From IMG/VR virus record IMGVR_UViG_3300028844_006278: a stretch of DNA of 64,000 bases; one strand, written 5' to 3'. The notes beneath the pieces were generated by a model. That model was not told where the DNA came from and ran no database searches. It saw nothing but the letters and a program-made list of their open reading frames with translations. A program made the translations under genes and the position numbers. The DNA is from a virus. The stretch's first letter is position 1. Every line of letters starts with the position of its first letter. Of the stretch, positions 8,766 through 18,423 are shown one piece after another.

Positions 8766-9812
8766 TTATCTAGCGGTCTCAAGTGCTTCAGATATACGCT
8801 TATCCATCTCCCCTTTAGTGAGGGATGCCGGATCTACTCCTGGAGGAAGATGTATTTGAGATACCCCTCTGGGAAACGCCTCTTCTATACGAAGCCTGGA
8901 AACCAGAGCCTCCTGCTCGGACTCGGCATCGGAGTCGAAGCATACGACTGCACGTCCGCTGAAACCCCACAGTGACTTCAGTAAGGATACCTGTCTAGGT
9001 GACGGGGACTTGCCAAATAAGGCAACAGACTTGGGCCCTATGCGCCAGCAATCCGTAACTCCCTCTACAATCACGACATCTCGGTGGAACATAGCCACGT
9101 CGCGATTATATAGGCAATGACTCTTGCGGACCTTGGAGTTCAGGTATTTGTACCTATCCTTCCATATGTCCTTACATCTGCGGGCCTGCCATCCGACTAA
9201 TCTAGCACCCTGTATAAGCGGCACGATCAGCCTGTCGTCGAAGAACGTCCTCTTCTCATCTCCCATTTGATATGAGCTTCCTTTTCGAGCCACATGTATG
9301 AAGTATTCGTTAGCTAGCTCTACAGGATCGAAGCCCCTGCTTCGGACATAGTCTAAGATGTAGGCAGGCACATCCTCGTTTAGAAGAGGCAAACAGTCCT
9401 TAGGAAGAGACGTCTCCTCCATGAGGATGCTGGTAAATGCCTGAGGTTTAGTGGTCAGAACAGGCCTATCGAGGTCCATGCGCTGTATGTATTCAGACAG
9501 GTTGCAGCTTTCGTTATGGCATTTATACACCCGGCCGAAGTAGTACGTGACTGAGTTCTTCTTTACGCTACATAGGAACGTATGAGAGAAGTACAGCCGA
9601 CGACGAGTATCTCCGCATGCAGGACAGTTCAGCACATAGCATTCGCCCCATCCTCCGCATAGATTCACCATCCGCTTAGTCTTTCTCCCTAGATGGGTAC
9701 GGCTAGTTGGAGGACAGGAGAACCCGGCAGCAGTTCCCGGATTAGCTATCTCCGGGTCTTGCTGGAATACCTCACGAAGTGCTTGATATAGATTAGGATT
9801 TAGGAGCGTCAT
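8766..9812 (-). CDS. dnaG: DNA primase (Zn finger + TOPRIM)
   Basis: CPACGD...CHNESC; VGWQAR; KYLNS; VIVEGVTD; VCFDSD; LPPGVDP. Confidence 0.9.
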   Translation of the reverse strand: MTLLNPNLYQALREVFQQDPEIANPGTAAGFSCPPTSRTHLGRKTKRMVNLCGGWGECYVLNCPACGDTRRRLYFSHTFLCSVKKNSVTYYFGRVYKCHNESCNLSEYIQRMDLDRPVLTTKPQAFTSILMEETSLPKDCLPLLNEDVPAYILDYVRSRGFDPVELANEYFIHVARKGSSYQMGDEKRTFFDDRLIVPLIQGARLVGWQARRCKDIWKDRYKYLNSKVRKSHCLYNRDVAMFHRDVVIVEGVTDCWRIGPKSVALFGKSPSPRQVSLLKSLWGFSGRAVVCFDSDAESEQEALVSRLRIEEAFPRGVSQIHLPPGVDPASLTKGEMDKRISEALETAR

Positions 9813-11242
9813 CAGAATACCGCCCCGTCGCCGCTTAGCGACTGGAACTCATCCATAAGTGCTCCTGTGTCCGGAGTAGCTATATCCGCCAGATCCACGT
9901 CAGCAGGACCGGCAGAGATGAACTTACAGTACTCCCCTGCTAGCTGAAGTAGTCCCGTAGTGGATGCCGCAGATCGGGCCTTATCGCAGTTGACTTTACA
10001 CTGCTGATCTGAGTTGAGCTTAGACAAGGCGAATCCGAACTCGAAGAGATTATTCAGGTTCTTATCCTCCTGCGCGTCGTGCGTGGTAAGTAGGGCATCT
10101 GGTCCCTTTTGGGCTGCTGCTCCCGAAACCTGATGCAGTACTAGACTTCTGCCTTTCCTCTCTCTCACACCGTCTAGAAACGTATCCATCCAGTCCGAAG
10201 AGGCGTGCCTAAAACGATTATCCGACATACGGTCCTGCTGCATCACAAGGCGGCTACGGAGCCTTCCCCACCAGTCTAGTATCACCAGACTGGGGCGCTT
10301 GCCCTGCTCTAGTAGAGCGTCTATCGGAGAGAAGAGATCGTCAATACACGTGATGGCCCTGGTGGACTTTCGACAATCCACGAAGTGGAAATACTCCAGC
10401 CACTGGTCTTTAACCGAATCTAGCCGGCTCAGGACCTCTTTAGATAATCCCGAATATCCTCGAGCAAATTCTCGACGAGACGCCCCGGTTCCTAGGACGA
10501 ATTGGCGGATAGCCATATCCCCCTGCAGGCGCTGCTCAGTGGATAGATACACCACGTGCTTCTGGCTAGCTACCTGTGCCGCCGCGCACTGCATCCCCAG
10601 GGTGGTCTTTCCTCCGCCGCTGGGTGCCACCAGAAGCACAGCCTCTCCTGGAGCGGAACCTCCGTCTAGTGCAGTGTCGATAAAGGATTGACCTAGTCGC
10701 TCCTTTTTCATCTCTCGCATAGATCCGGCCACGTCAGTCCACGCTGTCTCTACAGCCAGAGAATCGAACACGTCCGATGAGAAGTCTCGTTCTGCCCTCT
10801 GCAGATATGTCTGAATCTCCCCTATATCGTCATTGTCTGTGACCTGGGCTACCAGCTCCTCCTTGGCCACCATGCGGGCAGACTCGGTTATCAGGGACTT
10901 GACGTACTCGTCCGCCCAGTCATCCGACTCGTACCATACGTCAAAGACTTCACCGAATCCCTGCAGTAGAGAGGATGCAAATGGTGACGAGCTTTGCTGG
11001 TTTAGGCCATCCATCTCCATCAGCAGAACCTCTTTGCTAGGCAGCTGCTGAAATTCTTGGAAGTACATCTCAACAACCTTGAAGACGAACTCCAGATCGG
11101 GATATTCCTTGAAGTAGCGTATACGCATCAGCAGCCTATGAGAAGGCTGTAGGATATGAGCGCGACGGACGAGATGCTTACATACAAGCGTTTTCGTCCT
11201 CCTATCAGTCTCCCGACCAGGGAAACAAGTGTCTGGCAGCAT
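9812..11242 (-). CDS. dnaB: DnaB-like (SF4) replicative helicase
   Basis: Walker A APSGGGKTT, YLSTE, Walker B LVILDW, LHQ, KAR arginine finger; coupled to primase. Confidence 0.85.
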   Translation of the reverse strand: MLPDTCFPGRETDRRTKTLVCKHLVRRAHILQPSHRLLMRIRYFKEYPDLEFVFKVVEMYFQEFQQLPSKEVLLMEMDGLNQQSSSPFASSLLQGFGEVFDVWYESDDWADEYVKSLITESARMVAKEELVAQVTDNDDIGEIQTYLQRAERDFSSDVFDSLAVETAWTDVAGSMREMKKERLGQSFIDTALDGGSAPGEAVLLVAPSGGGKTTLGMQCAAAQVASQKHVVYLSTEQRLQGDMAIRQFVLGTGASRREFARGYSGLSKEVLSRLDSVKDQWLEYFHFVDCRKSTRAITCIDDLFSPIDALLEQGKRPSLVILDWWGRLRSRLVMQQDRMSDNRFRHASSDWMDTFLDGVRERKGRSLVLHQVSGAAAQKGPDALLTTHDAQEDKNLNNLFEFGFALSKLNSDQQCKVNCDKARSAASTTGLLQLAGEYCKFISAGPADVDLADIATPDTGALMDEFQSLSGDGAVF

Positions 11243-11831
11243 AAGAGTCCTCCTCTTTTAGCGCGTTTATTGTTGTAGGCAGATGTAGTGCGATCTGTGG
11301 AAGTCCCAATAAGACCTCTCCGGCTCGCAATCCCCACATCTGGATGATATCGGCGTACTCCGGACGCCCGATCCTAAGCATCTTCAGGGCAGACTCTACT
11401 CTAAGAGAGGGGCCTACTTCGAAATAAGGATGCTTGAGAACATAGTGCAGGCCGTTGGTCCTTGTCGATGAATTTAGGATATCTCGCTGTAGACGCATGT
11501 TTACGTCCAGCTCCAATGGGAGGCCTGACTTAAAGACCAAGAACCCTCTCCACATCTTATCACTCACGCAGACGTTCTTAATCGCAAGAGTAGCTACAGA
11601 GGACTTCATCCCAGAATCTCGCTGCGAATGGACAGCGATGTAGTATATGTATTCGAAGGGACTGAATCCAGCAGATCTAAGCCTACACTCCATGTTCGTC
11701 CATATAGGATCGTTCGCCACAGGAAGGACAGTGCCTCCTGTGAGGTAGTGCAGACTATCCCATATATCTAGGTCAGGAATAGGCAGGGACCCATCCGTCC
11801 CTGATTCTCCATCCTTTTTTCTCATACTCAT
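11205..11831 (-). CDS. Hypothetical protein
   Basis: ORF between the two helicases; AAGGAG upstream of ATG 11831/11825. Confidence 0.7.
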   Translation of the reverse strand: MSMRKKDGESGTDGSLPIPDLDIWDSLHYLTGGTVLPVANDPIWTNMECRLRSAGFSPFEYIYYIAVHSQRDSGMKSSVATLAIKNVCVSDKMWRGFLVFKSGLPLELDVNMRLQRDILNSSTRTNGLHYVLKHPYFEVGPSLRVESALKMLRIGRPEYADIIQMWGLRAGEVLLGLPQIALHLPTTINALKEEDSYAARHLFPWSGD

Positions 11832-13203
11832 CTCTCCTTTTGTCCGATCTACGGACAAACCATGGGTCGAAGTTATCCTGGAAGTCTACTAGGACCCCCT
11901 GGGGTTTGTTGTCGGATATTCGTGAAAGTCGTCCAACTATCTGCGTGCATGGGATGCTGGACGTCTGCCCGTCCCCTCGGATTAGGACCGATAGTTCAGG
12001 AAAATCAACTCCCTTGTTCCAGCAGGTAGTGCAGATTGCTTTCTTAACCTCGCCCGTCTCGAATCGCTTACGTATATCGTCTGCGTCCGGAGACTTTAGA
12101 TCCGTGCGCTCTGGATCTACAATGCCCATATCGACAAACGCTTTCCAGTACTGGTCTCCGACTCCTCCGTGAACTACTTCGAACTCCGGAAGCCGGTGCT
12201 TTAGACGCAGGGCATGTTCTGTCTTCTCCACGAATACCAATACTTGGTGATCCTCGAACGATTTCGCAGCCCTTGCGATCAGGTCATTTCTATGGGAGTT
12301 CTGCCAGTACCCTTCTTTCTTGCGCGCTATCTCCGACCCCACCAGAGGAGACCTATCCTCATTTACAGAAATGAAGCGACACTCTATTGGAACAACCAAC
12401 CCTGCCTCTTCGGCATCCTGGTAGCCCACCTCAGCAATCACTGGTCCGAATAGAGCTTCTATGAACTTATCGGCTCTATCTGAGCGACCAGTAGGAGATG
12501 CGGAAAACCCGAATCTACGGCACTGCGAGAATCCTAGCACGGCAGTTACAGCAGTAGTGCTGCCGGCCTCGTGAGCCTCGTCATATATTAACAGGTCGGG
12601 CCACTCTGAAGGTATCTTATATAGGACACCTACTGTAGAAACGCATACTTCGCTCTCCTCCAGAAACCTATGGGATCCGGAGTGCTTAGACACCTTCTTT
12701 TCAGGACATGCCCGGCAGATTCTGTCGTATATGGAATTCACCACGGGGCGCGACCCAGACACCACTAATATCTTTGCAGACGGATAGATACGACACAGCT
12801 GCTCGATCATGTAGGTTTTACCCATCCCGGTGGCGCAGTTCACCACCCCCATGTAGGAACTACATATCTTGGCAAGTACCTCCGGTTGATGGGTCCTAAG
12901 GGGCCCTACATTATCGAAGGACGGAGTAGGCAGCGGGTCCCGATGATCCTTTATCTCGAAGGGCACGCGGGCGGCCTGGAGAGAGGAACAAAGAGAAGTC
13001 AGGAGCCCAGCGTGGGTAAAGATCCCGCCGGACGCTACGTCATCGTATAGGGGAATCTTCTCGAATATGAAATTGCCCTTACTAGTGGACGATCGCATAT
13101 TCCACGGCTTTTTCTTCATGCGAGTAGCTGTCAGCGGAGCAGCCATACATGGGTGGAATGAGGAAGCCGTTAATATGTTTCCTCGAAGCTCTAGCAATAT
13201 CAT
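11773..13203 (-). CDS. SF2 DEAH helicase (UvsW-like)
   Basis: ATGMGKT, DEAH, SASP, KGVDFPEL, QIVGRLSR. Confidence 0.9.
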   Translation of the reverse strand: MILLELRGNILTASSFHPCMAAPLTATRMKKKPWNMRSSTSKGNFIFEKIPLYDDVASGGIFTHAGLLTSLCSSLQAARVPFEIKDHRDPLPTPSFDNVGPLRTHQPEVLAKICSSYMGVVNCATGMGKTYMIEQLCRIYPSAKILVVSGSRPVVNSIYDRICRACPEKKVSKHSGSHRFLEESEVCVSTVGVLYKIPSEWPDLLIYDEAHEAGSTTAVTAVLGFSQCRRFGFSASPTGRSDRADKFIEALFGPVIAEVGYQDAEEAGLVVPIECRFISVNEDRSPLVGSEIARKKEGYWQNSHRNDLIARAAKSFEDHQVLVFVEKTEHALRLKHRLPEFEVVHGGVGDQYWKAFVDMGIVDPERTDLKSPDADDIRKRFETGEVKKAICTTCWNKGVDFPELSVLIRGDGQTSSIPCTQIVGRLSRISDNKPQGVLVDFQDNFDPWFVRRSDKRRDEYEKKGWRIRDGWVPAYS

Positions 13204-13254
13204 ACTGCGCGGCCTCCTTGTTGTTGGTGTTGTTGTTGATCCGAGTGAGCCTCC

Positions 13255-15318
13255 CTATACAGCATAGGCTCCGGACGCAGACACGTCCTTGATTCGGCTA
13301 AAGGCTGGCATCAGTGCCGGCTCGTGTGTTGCGATCAGCACTTCAGATGACGTACGCTCGGTGATACTCTTAGCCTTGGAGAGGATAGATGCAAGCTTTG
13401 GTTTATTGATATCATCCAGCCACACAGTAGGCTCGTCAAGAACCAGCAGAGGCACGCGGAAAGCCAACAGGTCGGCAGCCGCAAACTTAAAGGCAAGGGC
13501 TAGAGCTACCATTTGTCCTCCGCTAAGTGCTCGAGAAGATACGTTGCTCTTATGAGGGAACGACACCATAAAGTCGAACTCCTCGCTGATGTACGCCGTG
13601 AAGTTGGTATCGAATAAGGATAGGTATGAATCCAGCTGAGCATTCAGCCCCACTAGCATTTTCTGCATAACTAGCTTAGGTAGGTTGTCCCGATGCAAGA
13701 CTGTGCGTGCCTCAGCTAAGAATGATGAGACCTTCTCTGCCTTATTCCGAAGGGACTGCTCTTCCTGGGCCGCAGAGAGTCGTTCCCGACTGGCTGCTAA
13801 GGTTGCGTCGGCGGCCGCTTTTGTTTCAATAGCCTTTAGCCGAACGCTCTCTAGTTCCTTCAGATTGGAGATGAACTCCTCGCACTTCTCCCTAGACTCT
13901 TCCGAGCAGGCGACCTGTGCCTCTGCTTGGAGTAGGGAGTCCCTAGCATCGTCTAGCTTGCGCTGTACTGGGGATATCTGAGCCTCTGCGCGGGCCTGTA
14001 GCTGTAGGTACTGCGTGAATTTAGCATACGCGTTCTTTTTCTGCATATACTTATCCTTATCGAACCCCTGCAGCGATTCCTGCATAGTCCGCACAGATTC
14101 CAAAAGATGTCCGACCTGCCTCTCGGCGGAAGCTATCTCCGCCTTGTACCCACTTCTTTTTATGTAGTTGTTATTAAAAGCCCTGTTGCTCTCCTCCCAC
14201 TCCTCAGACAGCTTTTCCAATTCCTTCCGAGCAGCATCCAGCGATGCCTCGGCCTCGTCCTTTTCTTCGTCCTTTGCGTCGTGGAGTCTCAGGCACGTGG
14301 GACACACCCCAGCAACGCATAGATCGTGCTGCGCGCTGAGCTTGGCCACGATGGCCCGCTTATCGGAGAATAGTCCGTCCCCGGGAGAGGGAACGGTAGG
14401 TAGCTGTCTTAGTTGATTTCGAAGATCCTCCAATCGATCTGACGCGGACAGGAGTGACGAGGATGTCAGATCCAGTCTATCCTTCTGACGATATAGGTTT
14501 TCTTCCTCTTCTGTAGGAGGATCGCAAGGTGGACACGGCTCCGGGGTGTGCTGGGACTGCAGGTCCGCCAGCGTCTTGGACAGATAAGCAACTTGCGCCA
14601 CGGCCTGGGCCACCTTCTTCGACTTCTCGTCCTCGGTCGGAGACGACAGAAGGGCCTGAACTTCCGGAAGTTGTTTTCTATACTCCTCTTCCAGAGCCTC
14701 CGAGTCGGCGATAGTCTTGGCCGATTGTTCCCTGACCTGCGTCTGATGCTTGATTGTCTCGGACAGCGTGCCCACCTCCTCGGATCGGTCCAGATATAGA
14801 GGAATTTTAGACCGTGCGTCAGATATCTTTGCTCGGATCCGCTCTACAGTGCTGTGCTGAACCAGACGTTGGAAGAACGCCATTCGCTGCGCATGGCCCA
14901 TAGTCAGGATGGAGATAAGACCCCCCTGTGGTGTGAAGCAGGTTTCGTACATACCGGAAAAGGACGTACCTAGCGCGTCCTCCATAAAGGCATTGGCCTC
15001 TTTACTTCGAAGGGGTTTCTCCATATCTGGCGACGACAGCGTCACAGCGGATGAGTCTACCCGACGCTTCAGGGTAAATGTCCGACCACCGTGCTCGAAG
15101 ACAAGAGTCGTGCTGCCGGACGAGGCTGCCCACCCGAGCATATCCGCCTTCGCCGTATCTGACGAGGTCTTTCCGGATATTGCAAAATATAGCGCATCCA
15201 AAAAGTTAGACTTCCCAGATCCGTTGCGACCCACTACTCCTGTAATTCCAGGCTGGAACTCGTGGTAGAGGTCCTTGTGCTGGAATATGTTATCCAGCGT
15301 CAGTGATACAAACTTCAT
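13255..15318 (-). CDS. sbcC: SbcC/Rad50 (T4 gp46-like) SMC ATPase
   Basis: GRNGSGKS, coiled coils, zinc hook CPTC, LSGGQ, LDEPT, IATHE. Confidence 0.93.
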   Translation of the reverse strand: MKFVSLTLDNIFQHKDLYHEFQPGITGVVGRNGSGKSNFLDALYFAISGKTSSDTAKADMLGWAASSGSTTLVFEHGGRTFTLKRRVDSSAVTLSSPDMEKPLRSKEANAFMEDALGTSFSGMYETCFTPQGGLISILTMGHAQRMAFFQRLVQHSTVERIRAKISDARSKIPLYLDRSEEVGTLSETIKHQTQVREQSAKTIADSEALEEEYRKQLPEVQALLSSPTEDEKSKKVAQAVAQVAYLSKTLADLQSQHTPEPCPPCDPPTEEEENLYRQKDRLDLTSSSLLSASDRLEDLRNQLRQLPTVPSPGDGLFSDKRAIVAKLSAQHDLCVAGVCPTCLRLHDAKDEEKDEAEASLDAARKELEKLSEEWEESNRAFNNNYIKRSGYKAEIASAERQVGHLLESVRTMQESLQGFDKDKYMQKKNAYAKFTQYLQLQARAEAQISPVQRKLDDARDSLLQAEAQVACSEESREKCEEFISNLKELESVRLKAIETKAAADATLAASRERLSAAQEEQSLRNKAEKVSSFLAEARTVLHRDNLPKLVMQKMLVGLNAQLDSYLSLFDTNFTAYISEEFDFMVSFPHKSNVSSRALSGGQMVALALAFKFAAADLLAFRVPLLVLDEPTVWLDDINKPKLASILSKAKSITERTSSEVLIATHEPALMPAFSRIKDVSASGAYAV

Positions 15319-16396
15319 CGGGTACTCCTTTATCTACTATCCGCTGAATCTCTATGTCCTCATTCCCCGCGAGACATCCGGATAGAAAGTCGTATAGGGG
15401 CCGCTTATCTGCAGGATCGCAGAATACGGATAGAGAGGACTGCAGCGATAAGTCGCTCATGCTCTTACGAGCTTGGATCAAGTGATCCTCCGATACTAAT
15501 CCGGTAGCGAGAGGGCGGGAGAACACCTTAACATTAGATGCCACACCTAGTACCTCGCCCACCTCATTCGCTAGTTTTGTCGGATACCGAACCTCTACTA
15601 TAGGCTCTAGCCCGTCCGCCTCTGCTGGAGAACCTGCCAGCTCCTTTAGAAGAGCACATACCTCCTCTAGATCTTCTACTACCTGTACGGAAAATCTGTG
15701 TATACGTCTTGTAGCGTGCGGGACAAATTCCCACTCCGCGGCACCCTCCTCGAGAATATACGCCCCGTGCGGTCCTCCTTGCTCTATGTTGCAGGGCTGA
15801 AGAGGTCCTGGAGATATGCAGACTCCGGATCCGCGCAGGCTGGTAATGTCTCGTACATGCACGTCCCCGACTAATACATTGCCCACATGCAAGGGAATGT
15901 CGTCTAGGGATAGGTCAGCAGCTGCCTCGAAATGCACTAAGTGTTCAAACATCTGGTGCAGTATTAGGAAATCGCAGGCAGGCACAGAGTCCAGCGCTAG
16001 TGGCAGATCCGTCTTACATTGCCAATCCAGTCCGTAGATTACTTTCCCGTCCAGCTCTACAGACCTGCCGTGTATGTGCGTAGCTCCCTGTACTGATGGA
16101 AGAGGCTCTACTGCGTCAAAGTCGTGATTGCCTTGAACGAAGTATACTTCAACTCCTTCTTTGTATAGGTCGTCAACAAACGAGGTAAACGCATGCAGTG
16201 TAGCTCCGTCTACTCTCTTCTCGTCGAATATGTCTCCGCCTAGGATTACATGCAGATCCGGATCTGGGCTAGATCTCCACCTGCGTATAAGAGAGTCCCG
16301 CATAGACGCTAAGGCGTGAAACCCGTCCCCATCCATATCTCTACGAGACCGCCACATAAAACGACGGAGATGTAAGTCAGCAGAGAACGCTATCAT
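15290..16396 (-). CDS. sbcD: SbcD/Mre11 (T4 gp47-like) metallophosphoesterase nuclease
   Basis: ADLH, GGDIFD, GNHD, LHQ, GDVH; adjacent to sbcC. Confidence 0.9.
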   Translation of the reverse strand: MIAFSADLHLRRFMWRSRRDMDGDGFHALASMRDSLIRRWRSSPDPDLHVILGGDIFDEKRVDGATLHAFTSFVDDLYKEGVEVYFVQGNHDFDAVEPLPSVQGATHIHGRSVELDGKVIYGLDWQCKTDLPLALDSVPACDFLILHQMFEHLVHFEAAADLSLDDIPLHVGNVLVGDVHVRDITSLRGSGVCISPGPLQPCNIEQGGPHGAYILEEGAAEWEFVPHATRRIHRFSVQVVEDLEEVCALLKELAGSPAEADGLEPIVEVRYPTKLANEVGEVLGVASNVKVFSRPLATGLVSEDHLIQARKSMSDLSLQSSLSVFCDPADKRPLYDFLSGCLAGNEDIEIQRIVDKGVPDEVCITDAG

Positions 16397-16671
16397 GGAT
16401 CCACCTGCCGTTTCAGACTCTCCGCTACCCAGTGCGCTAATGCACCTGCGCTGGCGGCGTCTTCGAAGTCGTGAAACACCTCCGGACGGTCCGGTAGCTT
16501 CCTACCATCCGGGGCAGTAACTTTCCTATATCCTAGGACTACCAAGTTGGTATACAGCTTTAGGTCAGGGCAGGTTACCCGAAGACGCTGTACGGACATC
16601 TTTATAGGGCCTGCGGCAGGCGCCTTCTTACGAGTATTCTTCTTCTTACGAGTATTATTCTTCTTACTCAT
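16393..16671 (-). CDS. Hypothetical protein, Lys-rich N-terminus
   Basis: 92 aa, ATGA overlaps both sides. Confidence 0.7.
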   Translation of the reverse strand: MSKKNNTRKKKNTRKKAPAAGPIKMSVQRLRVTCPDLKLYTNLVVLGYRKVTAPDGRKLPDRPEVFHDFEDAASAGALAHWVAESLKRQVDP

Positions 16672-17105
16672 TGTGTTGCCTTTGTTATGCTACCTTGGAG
16701 GATAGCGATTGCGTCTTTTACCGCGGCGGACCGTGCGGCGGACCGTGCGGCGAACTCTGCGGCGGACCCAGCGGCGTACTCTGCGTCTTTCCGGTCCTCC
16801 TCTCTCCCCTCCCGCAGCCAGCGAAGAACTACTTCGGGTACTTCTGCCTCCCAGTTCCCGATACATCGGAGCGCTGAGCGTCGCGCTGCAAGACTGCACT
16901 GCTCTTCAGACATTAGGCGATATAGAGCCCAGAGCTTATCCCGTGCGGGGATCTTGCGCATACGGCCTAGCTGCTCTATACTGATCGGCAGCTTAGGCAG
17001 AAGCCATCTTCCTAGAGCCGTGTCAGGCTCTCCCTCTTCGTCGAAGTAGCACGCCCCTTTCGAGACTAGCCACTCGTGCGTTATTACCTTATCTTCGTCT
17101 TTCAT
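16668..17105 (-). CDS. Hypothetical phage protein with AARS-type Ala-rich repeats
   Basis: Likely start ATG 17105 (AAGGA upstream); 12-bp repeats near 16720-16785 encode AAxSAA. Confidence 0.7.
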   Translation of the reverse strand: MKDEDKVITHEWLVSKGACYFDEEGEPDTALGRWLLPKLPISIEQLGRMRKIPARDKLWALYRLMSEEQCSLAARRSALRCIGNWEAEVPEVVLRWLREGREEDRKDAEYAAGSAAEFAARSAARSAAVKDAIAILQGSITKATQ

Positions 17106-17143
17106 TGCGTTGTTGTTCCTTGTTATTAAGTATGGGAGGGCAT

Positions 17144-17551
17144 CTAGCGGTGGATATGGTCCCGCACCATGCAGTATATGCAGTACGTACCTCTTATCAG
17201 CGGGTATGCCAGTAGATATCCTGCACCTATCAGCGATGTCATATCCATCGCACACCCTAATCCCGTGTCAAAGTTAAAGTAGTACACTAGGAGTAGGGCA
17301 CATAGCGCAGCACCTCCCGCTATGTATGTGAATTCCCCAGCCGCATTCACACGGCGGTTCCTTCCTTTGTTTCCATATGCGAGTAGTAGGGCGAGAGGAA
17401 TAAAGAGCCAATAGAACAATAGCCCTACCGCCGCGATTAGGCTAACGGATAAGGCCCTATGCAACGGCTCAGATATCTTGGCGTCCTGTGTAAGACGATT
17501 GTGTGGGGTGTATGTTCTTGTGATGTCGGACGATGGTATTCTGCTATTCAT
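17144..17551 (-). CDS. Hypothetical membrane protein (about 3 TM segments)
   Basis: Hydrophobic stretches VSLIAAVGLLFYWLFIPLALLLAY, YIAGGAALCALLLVYYF, LIGAGYLLAYPLI. Confidence 0.65.
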   Translation of the reverse strand: MNSRIPSSDITRTYTPHNRLTQDAKISEPLHRALSVSLIAAVGLLFYWLFIPLALLLAYGNKGRNRRVNAAGEFTYIAGGAALCALLLVYYFNFDTGLGCAMDMTSLIGAGYLLAYPLIRGTYCIYCMVRDHIHR

Positions 17552-17717
17552 TTCCTTCTGTAGTGAGACCCCTAGTAGAAGGATCGTCGTCTGGTTCCTT
17601 ATTCCTAGGGACCTCGACAGGACGGCGGTGGGAATGTAGGATCCCCGTAACGTAACGTGTTTTGTTCTTTATCACGGGGCCCTGATTCACTCGATCTTCA
17701 AATAGGTCAGTCTTCAT
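17544..17717 (-). CDS. Small hypothetical protein (57 aa, below ORF-track cutoff)
   Basis: MKTDLFEDRVNQGPVIKNKTRY...TTEGNE*, AGGA upstream, stop overlaps the next start. Confidence 0.5.
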   Translation of the reverse strand: MKTDLFEDRVNQGPVIKNKTRYVTGILHSHRRPVEVPRNKEPDDDPSTRGLTTEGNE

Positions 17718-17859
17718 TTAAGTATCCTGCGGTGGGTGTAGTCCTTATTATATGTTACCTGGTTGTTGTACACTCATTTATTGGAGCTATGTCGCAGTCC
17801 TCCTTGCTGCGGCAAGTTATATCTAAAAAAAATACATAGGGTGGGTGGCGTCCGACTAT

Positions 17860-17906
17860 GAAATCCCTCCCCTGCTCCCCGACCTAAGCCAGGAGCAGGG
17901 GAGGGA
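17860..17906 (-). terminator. GC-rich hairpin, probable terminator
   Basis: Perfect 15-bp inverted repeat TCCCTCCCCTGCTCC (17864-17878)/GGAGCAGGGGAGGGA (17892-17906), 4 nt after the stop at 17911, short U tract. Confidence 0.6.
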
Positions 17907-17910
17907 GACA

Positions 17911-18192
17911 TCAGGCGGGGTCCAGCAGCAGCAGATTGAAATCTGCCACTGCTCCAAATGCCACCGCGGCCAGGAGGTCGTTACCCTCCTCCGCGGCGGT
18001 TGAGGCCCACTGGAAGCACTTCCGCTTCCAGCTTTCTATGCGCCGAAGCGCATCGGGGCGCCCCTCTTCTATTCCCTCCGCCTCGCGGCGGAGGACCTGT
18101 TGCAGCAGCATCTCTGCTGCTGCATGAACTTCTTCTGGGGCATCCGCCCCAAAATAAACCTGCAGGCGTCCCTGCAATTCGACTTGAGTCAT
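17911..18192 (-). CDS. Hypothetical protein
   Basis: 93 aa, GAGGAG RBS. Confidence 0.7.
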   Translation of the reverse strand: MTQVELQGRLQVYFGADAPEEVHAAAEMLLQQVLRREAEGIEEGRPDALRRIESWKRKCFQWASTAAEEGNDLLAAVAFGAVADFNLLLLDPA

Positions 18193-18355
18193 GTGACTCT
18201 CCTCAGGCCGTCGTTATGGTGAGTTAGGGCAGCTGACGGCCGCGGGCTACCACTAACTGAGAGACTAGCACCACCTAGCACTACTCAGGTATATATGCCC
18301 TAAAAACCTCCTAAAATTAAGGTATTTGTGGAGTATCTATATCTAAACAGGGATG

Positions 18356-18383
18356 TTGACTATGGGCCGCTGACGGGTACTAT
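18356..18383 (+). promoter_or_regulatory. Putative sigma70-type promoter for the terminase unit
   Basis: TTGACT-N16-TACTAT in the divergent intergenic region. Confidence 0.4.
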
Positions 18384-18423
18384 TCTACGCCCCTCATGCA
18401 TCCCTTAGGTACATATACGCGCA

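Noticed and set aside
17552-18423. tRNA or other structured RNA genes in intergenic gaps
   Set aside because: No cloverleaf or T-arm motif recognised; gaps are explained by small ORFs, a hairpin and promoter-like sequence
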